This document shows positions 1 through 11,400 of a stretch of 64,000 nucleotides of DNA, piece by piece (within the stretch, counting starts at the first letter, position 1; every line of letters starts with the position of its first letter). The stretch covers positions 14,274,389-14,338,388 of the forward strand of contig CM082580.2 in the NCBI GenBank assembly GCA_040954595.2, read 5' to 3'. The notes beneath the pieces were generated by a model that searched no databases, was not told the origin of the DNA, and saw only the letters and a program-made list of their open reading frames with translations. This DNA comes from Balanoglossus misakiensis (lineage: Eukaryota > Animalia > Hemichordata). The position numbers and the translations under genes were made by a program.

Positions 1-3000
1 GCGTATGCCGACTCGTATCCACACAGGCTACACATATAAGGTTTATCACCTGTATGTATGCGCATGTGTCGCATCAAGTGACTTCTCTGGCCGGTTGTGA
101 ACTCACATTGCTCGCAATGGTACGGTCTTTCCCCAGTATGGCAGCGCTTGTGTCTGACCAGATTGTTGTAGGTTGCTGTGGAGAAACTGCAGCCATCGAT
201 GTCACATTTATAAGGTTTCTCGCCTGTATGCTGCCGCATGTGCTGCGTCAGGAGGCTTTTGCGAGTGGTCACGTAGGAACAGAAATCGCACTTGAAGGGA
301 CGCTGGCCAGAATGCTTCCTCATGTGCACTACGAGGTCAGATTTCTGGACACCGGTAAACTCACAGTAAGGGCACTTGTACTGGGTGCCGTGGTCAGTGT
401 GAAAGCGGCGCATGTGCTGGTAATAGTTGATGAGTTTCGAGGCTGAGAAACCGCAGAGATTACATTTGAAGGGCATGACTTCAGAATGTTCGTTACGCAA
501 GTGCTGGGCTAGCACCAGTGGTTGTACAGTCTCGAAGTCACAGTAGTCGCACTTCTTCATTTCGTTGTTGTTTGTCGCATAAGCCGCGTTGTCAAAAGGA
601 ATGATGTTGTTGTTGTCAGCGGTCAGTGCTTCTCCATTCTCTGCTGGAGTGCATTCAGCATGCATCTTCATGTGGAGAAGGAGGCTGCCTGATTTCTGGA
701 AACGCGACTCACAGAATTGACACTTGAACAGTGACTCGTCTGTGTGGCAACGGATGTGCCATTCAAAAGTGGCTTTGTTATTTGTGGTGTACTCACAGAG
801 ACTGCATCGCAAAGGCTCCAGTTTCACATGGAGCCGGAGATGTATATCAAGACTTCGGGCCGTGGAAACTGCATAGTCGCAATAGTGGCACCTGTAAACA
901 TCATTGGCACCATGTGCGTCGAGGTGGACTTCAAAATCTGGCTTCCAGGATGTGGAGTATGGGCAACCTGGGCAGTTGTAGGGTTTTTCTTTGATGTGTG
1001 TGGAGGCATGCTCTTGGAGTTCTTCACTGCTGTTGGTGACGAAGTGGCACTCCTCGCAGATATAGAGGCTGCCAACGCTGTGCTGGTTCATGTGCACGAC
1101 CAATTGGTTCTTTGTGGTGGTGGTGAATGGACAGAGCGAGCAGTTGAAGCTGTCGGTGTCACTGTGCAGCATCTTCATGTGACGCATCAGATTGCTCTTC
1201 TCAGTGGTTGCGTAACTGCACAGGTTGCACCGCAGCGACTTCTGAGGGGAGTGCAGGTCGCGCATGTGAATCTTCAACAGGATCATGGTCTGGGCAATGA
1301 AGTCGCACTGCGGACACTTGTGAGTCTGCAGATTGAGGGGAACTTCCTGTACAGGTGTTGGTTCGTAGACATCCATGACCTCTTGCTTCACTTCTGGTTG
1401 TTGTTGTTGTGGTTGTTTTTGCTTTTTCCTTTTCTTCCTCTCCATCTTGTATGGGCCTCTCCTCTGTCGAGATTTCTTACTTGCTTGCTCTTTTTTCACA
1501 GCTTCCATTTCTTCTCTGTGATACTTGCGATTGTGTTTGTACAAACCGACCCTACTCTGGTAAACTTTGCAGCACTGGAGACAATTATAGGAACCATGCT
1601 CACCATAATGAACTTTGGCATGAATGGCCAGGTTCCCTTTAATGCTGAATCTAGCGCTGCATTTTGTACATTTAAAAGGCCATTTTTTGGCATCCTTACG
1701 ATGAACTACCATATGTCTGACCACATGCCCCACATTGTTGGATTCATACCCACAGATTTTGCAACGGTGGCGTTTTGTGGTCCCTTGAACAGTAAAATTC
1801 TCTATCAATTGTTCTATACTAGCAGTAGACACTGTTACCTCACCGACATCTTTCACTACTTCTTTTTCTTCAGTTGTGTTTTTTCTATCTTCTCTTACTA
1901 CTAGAGCTTTCTGGGTGATCATTCGTCGACTTCTTGCCACAAGCTTCTTACTAAAAGATGAACCGATGACCTTTTTCTTTGATCTTGTGTTACCAGACGT
2001 CTTTTGGGTGTCTGCCCGATGAGATTTCTCTTCCCTCTTTGAACTAGTGGAGGGCCTTTCTTCCTTGTCTGAAGCAGCCTGTTCAGAACTGGTACAGGGT
2101 TTTCCCTCCTTCCACTGATTCTCTGGAATATGAATGGATATAGCACACCATATTAATGTGGCATCACTTCCTTTGTAGTACAATGTATACTATTGCAACA
2201 CATTTTACAAACAAATACAATGTAGTTGCAACTTTGTTGTGTAAATTTTATATGGAACTTCAAGAGATAATGTTGATTATGAATAGCTTTTTTATTTGTT
2301 CCAGTTATATGTATGTGCTGATTCCAAAATCCAATGGCAGCCATCTTACCTTCTTCAGTTTGATCAAACTGGGTTGTTGTGGTGGACATTTTGAATTTGA
2401 GAACTGGCTTCTTCCCAGCCTTGTACCCTTTACAGTTGGGAACATGTTTCACCAAATTGAAGATCTTGCATGTGTAGTAATTACAGAAACTACAGTAGAA
2501 CAACTCGCGATTGCTTTCAATTTTCATGCACCCCCACTTGTTTGCTTCAAGCAGTCGATGGTGCCTGAGATGTCGTTCCAGATGAGAGCGTCGAAGAACA
2601 CCGTACGACGGACATTTCTCGCATCGGAATCGGAACATTCCATACCTGACCAAGCTGGGTGAATCTTGCAAGTGAAGCTGTAGATGTATGTCGAGCGTGG
2701 CCTTGCTTTTTGTTGACACCCAACAATACCGACATTTATATTGATAACGCCGCACACCAATTCTCAGCTCTTTTAAGGATTTAGGAGAAAGGGGAATCTT
2801 GCTGGTGCTCTTACCCAGTTCTGTCTCAGTCTTGGGCAAACTGCTGACGCTGTTGTCTATTTCTTTCTTAATCTTGGGCACACTGACATTGCCATCACTT
2901 TCTCGGCGTCGTTTCTTTCCACTTCTACGTACGGTACTTTTGACAACCGTCTTGTTGATTCTAGATCGCTTTCGACGCTGCTCTTTGCCATGTGATCTGG

Positions 3001-3031
3001 TCTCATAATCATGCCAAGTGGCTGGTTCCAT
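1..3031 (-). CDS. Multi-C2H2 zinc-finger protein (about 21 fingers visible), 3' end outside the window
   Basis: Coding exon 3031..2350 (ATG 3031; phase-1 donor G|gtaaga) joins exon 2122..<1 (acceptor ttccag). Manual translation stays open to base 1: RHRCKICGYESNNVGHVVRHMVVH, FKCTKCSARFSIKGNLAIHAKVH ... HTGEKPYKCDIDGC ... HTGERPYHCEQC ... HTGDKPYMCSLCGY. Not in the ORF track because no stop lies in the window. Candidate 5'UTR donor at 3750 and acceptor at 3055. Confidence 0.9.
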
Positions 3032-3959
3032 CGCTTGTAATGTTGAAAGCTACACTGCCAATGAAAACAGATAATGATCAATACAATGCCATTTCCATCC
3101 AAACGACAAGCTGCAATAGACTACTTCACTAGCAACTTCAAACTTTTAGGTATAAATAGCCAAAATGCAGTAAAGAGAATTTACTATGTGCAGAATACCA
3201 AAAGAAAATATTCCCAAGGTGTTTTTTTTTAAAAGGCCAAGATACACAATGTTTCTTTCTGACAAAAATCATCCAATCAAAATGGCCATTCACATGTAAA
3301 GAATAGTTCAGTTTTGTTCATTTATTTATTTATTTTCTTTGTGAATCTGCTCAGTTCCTTGAAGGTTGAATACGAGCTATGGTCTCATAGCCACGTGCAA
3401 AAGCTGTTTACATCAGCGGCCATGTTGAAACTTACAAGACGCGACGTCCACGCCTAGAACTCGCTAAAGCATTTGTTTCTCTACACACTCAATATATACA
3501 CGCCGTACTATTTATCAAAGTTTACGCAAAGAAAACTTTGAATGGTACTTTCAGATCTTAGAACGGATTCAGTTCAACAAGTGTTCTTGGCGACTGATTG
3601 ACCTTGACTAGGCTGGCCCCCTTTCTTCAAAACTTTACAATGAGCGGGCACGAGCATTTCGATCTTGTCCATGTGACCAGTTGTTTACATCATCTTTGCA
3701 AACTTTCACTGGACTTTCATTCATTTATGAAATCATGTTCAACCACTTACCGAAGTTATGCCGAAAACTTTTCCTCGGCGACACTATGTGATCGTTTATC
3801 AACCAGAAATCGCTTATTCCGCGGATTTGGTCTTGTGTAATTTGCATTTAGTGAAGCCCTACCAGTCGGATGACCTTTCGCCTTTCTCGACGCGACGCGG
3901 CGCGAATCGACGCGATTTGGCAATAACCGGAAGTTCTGAGCTAGGTGCAAAATCGGGAT

Positions 3960-4563
<604 letters not shown>

Positions 4564-4592
4564 ATTGTGTGCCTGGCATACACATACAAAAC

Positions 4593-4632
4593 GGCCCTTT
4601 TAAGGGCCACCACATTTTCCAAAAAGAGAACT
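4593..4632 (+). terminator. Histone 3' stem-loop and purine-rich histone downstream element (U7-type processing signal)
   Basis: aaac-GGCCCT-TTTA-AGGGCC-accaca with the stem at 4593-4608, followed by ccaaaaagagaac at about 4619-4631. Confidence 0.95.
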
Positions 4633-5403
4633 ACCGTTTATTACATTACAGCGACACACATACCAAGCAGTAAAGGAACAACTACAGCCAATGTTTATTC
4701 CACATAAAATTTTAAACATTTCCAAAGCAATAATTCTTAACGCTTTGATAGTGTTCTTACGACTTAAAAACAAAATTCCATATGATTCTAGAATAGAAAA
4801 CAAAAAAATAAAATAAGTCTCATGTAAACTACAAAATGCATCAACTTGTATGTTTATAAACTTGCTTGTTGACGGAAAGTGTCTTATTTTTTATTAGTCC
4901 TGTGCATTCAGGTGCAATTCTAACTTCAATATTTAATTCTACCATGAAAAGGAATACATGTATAGACAGCGGCTTGTCTGTGAACTTTGACTTTGTAGAG
5001 AATGGTAGTGATTGGAAGAAAGCACATACATGTGCCTGTAAAATTTGTACAATTTCTATTTACATCATAGGTAAATTAGTAAAGATGTAGCATAGTAAGA
5101 TTTTTTTCATGTCATAATAAATAAAATGTCATATTTCTCAAATATTTTCAAAAAATTACATATTTTCATGTTGGGTAATGATATATTGAAGTAAATGTAC
5201 ACCTAATTTCTCACAACTGAATTTTCAATTTAAAAAAAATGTTCATTTTCGATGATGAATCAGATGCTTCACACTACACAGTTGTTTCTTTCCTTGGCAG
5301 TAGTTCTTGTTGCAACTGTCCCGGAGACATCACCTCTCCAGACTCGGGAGATGATTCTGTCTTGAAGCCATGCACTGGACACGTCACTGGTGATCTGATG
5401 ATC

Positions 5404-8400
5404 TTATGGTGAAGCAATCCACCCCTACAGATAAGACAATAAATGAGAAAACATGACAGTATTGGTGGTGCTGTGTTTTGGGCATTTTACTCTACGTTCA
5501 TTAGTAGTAAAATTTTATATGACCACAATCTAATTTCAAAAGGAAATGACTTCTTGTTCTGTAAAACAAGTGTTTTCAAAAAAGGCTGTGTAAATCCAGC
5601 AAGGATAAGGACATGGTTCCACCAAACACAGAATGAAAGTCAATCTCTTGGAAAAAAGAAAAACTGAGATGAAAACCAAAGACAATAAAATTATTTTTTA
5701 AATTAACTTTTACACCCCTCTGCTGCTTGGAAATATTTCATGCTTTTGAAACAAAACCAAAAAAAATCTCACAAAAATGAGTAACACATCATTATGAAGG
5801 AAATATTCTAGAAAACAGCTTGAAATGGGTAGCATTCTGAGGTAAACATTCCACCAAACAAAGATATAACATTTGAATCTTTTGCACACCAAAGAAAAAA
5901 AAAATTAGGGGCAAATAAAATTAACATGCTCGGCACAGTAAACACTAACCATTGAATCAATGACATGCATTGCGTGGTGAAACTTAGCTATCGTTTCCGT
6001 GGAGTCTAAAAGAATCAAGGAAAACAGAACAAACAAAAAAGGAGAGAGGAAATTTGATTAAAACAACATAAAATCAAGGTCTCTGAGAGATTCATTCAGT
6101 GAAATGGGAACTGTCATTACAATGTTCAAAGGATGCAATTGGTACAATGCACTGTGAGGAGAGAACGACCTACAAACAAAATAAAATACTGATGCATGTC
6201 TTGTTTATTGCAGGTGTTGTATGCGTTTGTTGGAGTGACCATAACATGACTGTTCATTTGTATGTACAGGTAGGACGATGGCAAACCTCAGGAGACCAAC
6301 AATTGGTGATTTGATGACTCAATTTCATGTAAGGATGTCAGGAATATAAGCAAGAGTAACAACTTGAAGGTCTATGATCACCTCTGATTACATAAGCCCT
6401 TCACATTTGCTCTGGAAGCCATGCTCATCCCAACAAAATTGACTATGAAAAAAATTGCTAGCATCAAATAAATGAGTGTTGCACAAAAAATGGAAGTGGA
6501 CAATGATGATATTCAGGATACAAGGATACAGTGGTATGGTTTTGATGGGAGATTTATTGGAAGCGAAAGAGAGAGAGTGATAGCTTTAGAATGGACTTAC
6601 TGGTTATGATGGCAAAGTCTCTCTCCAGTCCTGTTTCTACTAAGCTAGCCAACAGGCGGGTGGAAAATAGGCAGAGCAAAGGACCATGGGATGGATGAGA
6701 TAGCCAGGCAGTTAGATGGGTTAAATTTTTATCAGGAGAAAAAAGTGACACATTATGGACCAACAAGATTACCAAAAGAAATGAACACTTCTCAAAGAGT
6801 GTCAAAAAAGGGTCATGGACATTAAACGAACAAAACATGCAAAGTATGAGTGCAAAGTGAGCATGGAAAATGGACCATTCTAGAACTAATGAGACTACCC
6901 TTACATAATATGTGTATGTATGTGTGATTTTACAAGCAAAGAGATAGTTTGATGGAGCACAGTACAGACATGAAGATTAAGAGAAGAAGATAAACCACAA
7001 AAAGTGTTTTTGAGTCAAAGTCAACTGCAATTCAGTGTTGTCACCAGATAAGCTATCAACGTCATGATCTAACTTTTTTGCCACTAAAATTGGGTTGGAC
7101 CCCAGCTTCTAATTTGTGTATGGATCAATACACAGGATTTGTAGGTTTCTGAATTTACAGCTAAAAACTGATAGCTTGGGAGAACACTGAAAGCAAGGAG
7201 TAGACATAAAGAGACAAGGTGAGTGAATATACAATGTGACTGCCTTCTCCTACAACATTTACGATGGCAGTCAGTGATGCCTACAGAGTGATTCCTCACA
7301 GGATTAGTCTCAGTAACACTTACCAGCACTCCCTGTTTGGCCTCTTCATTGGCAAGAATCTGAGATGTTTCCTCTTTGGTGAATTTCAACACTGCAGTGA
7401 TAACCTTGGCCATGGTCTGTCAAAATCATAGTATTCAAGGAAAGATCAGAAATAACACTCACATCATGATTTGAATATAACAGAGCAGACATAATATCGT
7501 TAGACTTCAAAACAGAGCTGAATAAATTTGCATACAATGTATGTGACGTCACTGACGAACCACACCAAAGGTCTGAGCCTATTCAATTTTCATGGTCCAA
7601 TCACCAAGACAACTAACTTTACCTTGGGTTCCCTGCCCATCATGTAGGAAAAGAGGACCTTCTTCAGATACTGTGGACAGACATACAATGAATTTGTTAG
7701 AATTCACATTCATTTGGTGAAATATTGTACCGGTAGACTGGTCTGTCTATAAAACCATAGACTCAGTGTTTTATGGAATTTGTCATGAAGCACTTTGGTT
7801 AGCACATAACCAATTGGATAAAACAATCTGATGAATCATGACTCGCAAAGACTCACTTCAAATTCGGTGGGTTCGTGAAGTAAAGGTCCACTTGGTAACA
7901 CAGGGCTTGAAGCCAGAGAAGCACTGTTACTTGCATATGGAGAACCTGTAATGAGTAGAGTACACACCAGTCTGATAATATATTCACTCTATGGTTTGAC
8001 TAATAACCTGATAGTTATGTACATCTCTACAAAACTCACCAAAATGAGATCAAAGGAACTGATTTGTCTACTATGAAACAGAAATATCAAGCAATGCATC
8101 TTTTATAAACTGACCACACAACCATGCTTTAACTACCTGTAAAGTGATGGCTATCAGCTCTTTTTCCGAGACTCCCCTCCACTCTCTGTTGAAGCTCTTG
8201 GTGTCGATGCAGTAATTCAGCCAGCTGACCTTTCTTCTGAGCAAGTTCAGACTAAATGGACAAAGAATTGACACCCATATTTGTATATGCCTGGGATATG
8301 CATTGTGGCTAAATGCTATGAGAAAATGAAAACAATGCAAAAAAAATCCCAGATTTTGCCCTCCAGTTTCAGAACCTTACCTTCAGTTCCATGTTAGCAA

Positions 8401-11400
8401 ACTCCAGATCTTGTATTTGTGATGTTTCAACCTCATCATCAAAGGTCACCCTCTTTGGTTTAAGATTAACACCTGGATTGACCGGGCTGTCTTGAATCAA
8501 TGGTGGTGGTAAACTTCCCTGCGTCATCTCACGCATTTCATTCAGTTCAATTCTGTGTGAGATATTTGTTATTGTCTGAAAACTAATTTTCTACAAGTTT
8601 GTCACAACATCACCATACAAGGTAATACAACTAAGCATATGAAGCCAGATAAACTGGCAGTTGCATTGTTTGATCTTTCATTCACAGCAAAGACTTTAAC
8701 ATGTAAAACGATAACACCTAATGCCGTTTCATCTGAGATTGACACAACCCTGGCATCCAATTACCTATGTCTCTCTTCAATGTGGTGCATTTCTTCTTTG
8801 TGTTCATCTGCATGTTTCTGCATGACACTGTAGACAGCTTCATTGCCCTGAGATGCTGCTAATGCCATCTCTCTCTGCTTAACAAGATCCTGTTAACAAC
8901 ACATATTCAACACAGATGCTATGTCTGAATGACATTTTATGCAAAAGTAATTCACCATCTCAAAAAGATTTGGTATTACTTTTGCTCTAATGTACAACAG
9001 CTATTTCTTGGAAGATACAACTTTAATTGAATATCAAAATTTCCCTTTACAATCACTGCATAGTCAGATCTCTGAAACAACAATCATGAGATTTATACCA
9101 GTATGCTTTTATGAATTAACACCAATGAAATAACAAAGTACATTTAAGTCTTATTAAAATAGAATCCTAAGTACATTCACAGAGATCATATGTTTTTTCT
9201 GAAGGGGATGGTATACCTGTGAGGGAGGAGCTTTGGAGGTTTCATTGCTGCCACTGGTAAACTGAAACAACAAAGGATAGGAAAAGAAAACAAAATTCAC
9301 AAAAAATCACGACACATCACGTTTCATGCCCACAACTGACAAACATGTCCATATACCATGCATTAATAACAGCCATGCTGTGACTTCTACACATACACTG
9401 ATATCACCATGGTAATGAGACAATAAATGAATGACTCACAAAGTTTCCAGCAGGGATGCACTATGTTTACCCAGATTCACACAGTGATTTCAGTTATGTG
9501 AACAAAAACTTATTGTTTGACAATATTGGCATGCAGGAGTGAATGGGAACACAGAAGGTTATTTTAAGTTACCTGAAATCCCGAATCTCTACAAAGATCA
9601 CAACACTGTAGATTTTAACAAACACCCCCTTCAATTTAGGGCAATGCGCCCACAACAGACTGAAGATCAGCCTACACTCTAACATGATGGCCCAATCATG
9701 AGACACCTTACATTTTTCCTAACATCTTACTTGTCTCTCTGTATGCCACTCTTTGGTCAGTCCTGCAACTTCCTCAGAATGCACCCCCTCCACTTCCTTC
9801 AGTTTCTTCTTGAAGGCCATCTTCAACTTTGTCTCATTCTCAGCCATCTTCTTCTCCAGTTCTTGGATCTTGTTTGAATGTTCGTTTTCTAGCTCCTCCA
9901 CTCTTTTGACATAGTCTTGCTCAAGGTCTTCAATTTCACTTTCCTTGTCCTTCGGACAAACACGAGAAAGACCAAACCATTACAGATACACGCACTGCTA
10001 TTTCTAAGTGGCCAAGCCATCAATAATAGGAAATAGTCTTCAATATCTTGTGATATTGAGTGGAGTTTCTTTAATTATCCACAGTTGCATTTCAGTTTCT
10101 TATCACCTGAAAAGAGTGCTATACTCACCTGTAGTTGTGACTCATATCTACTGACTAATCCTTCAATCTTTTTATCATTCTGTTCCAGTTCTTTGTGCAG
10201 TTCATCCAATTCTTTTCTGTATTCACGATTTGCCTGCAACTCTTCAACTTGGCCTTTCTCTGTGGATAAATGCAACACCAATCAGGGCAAGATGAAAATA
10301 GGACAACCTTATACTTATCATCACACCTTAACTGTTACACTTCATCACCGAATTGATTAAAGTTGAAGTTTAAACCACCGCTGAGGAGGAGAGACTGACA
10401 AAAAAATTACACTGCAGTTACAAGCTCATTAACTATATAGAAGAACAAAAAAAATGAAACACAGGGGTTCTGGTACACAACATGCAACACAACAAAGGGA
10501 GGGATATCACACTCAATCACAGTGCTGTCTGCAATGCCCGCAAAACCTACCAATTGCACTTTCAATGGTTTCTTGAAAGTCCCGTTCCTTCTCTGCCATG
10601 GTGGTGTTCACTTCCTTCAGCAACTGTTTCAACTTCAGGTTGTGCTCAGACTCTCTCTCCTCCTCTTTTGCTGCAAACTCTTTTTTCATTCTCTGAACGT
10701 TCCTCTCATGATCATTCTTCAGAGACTCCATCTCCATCGCATATTTCTCCTCCTGTTCACTTATCTTCTTCTGCATTTCCTCTTCTAGCTCTGTCAGTTT
10801 TCTGCTCAGTTCCTCCTCTCTTAGTTTGTGCTTTGAGGTGATATCTTCGAGTTCTTGCTGTGCACTTTGTTGATGTGTCTCTGCACCTTGTAGGCTTTCC
10901 TTCACAACACTATCTTTTTCTTGCAACTCTTGTCTGAGTTGTTGCTCCTGCTGTTCAAAACTAGTCCTGATTTGTTTATTCTCCTGTTCCAGATCAGACA
11001 ACTTCTTTTCCAAGTCTTCCACAGTCTTGGATTTTTCTTCAAGTAAAACTTCTTGGGCAGCAAACTTCTCTGCTGTGGTCTGGTCTTTTCCTTCTGCTTG
11101 CATTTGCAGCTGGCGTTTAATCTGCGCCAGTTTCATCTCCGCTTTCTTTTTCAGCTCTGCAAGTTTAGTTTTCCCTTCCTCGTTTAGTTTAGCAGCCTGC
11201 TCTTCAAGGGCAACTTGATGCTCTTGCTTCAGGGTCTCAATCTGTGTCTCCATCTCCGCCAATCGTTTCTCACTTTCTTGCTGACTTTGGTCGCCCTCTG
11301 ATGTAAATTTCTCCATTCTCTCGTTGGCAGTTTTGAGTTTCTCTGTCAGTTCGTCCACTTCTTTCCCCTTCTCATTCAGCTTTTCAATCAAGTCGTGGCA

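Noticed and set aside
54-1904. Plus-strand ORFs of 130 aa and 386 aa
   Set aside because: Antisense shadows of the minus-strand zinc-finger exon; their periodic HV/AH motifs mirror the finger codons.
1919-2146. 75-aa minus-strand ORF
   Set aside because: Wrong frame of zinc-finger exon 2; the phase-1 splice puts the true frame one base off.
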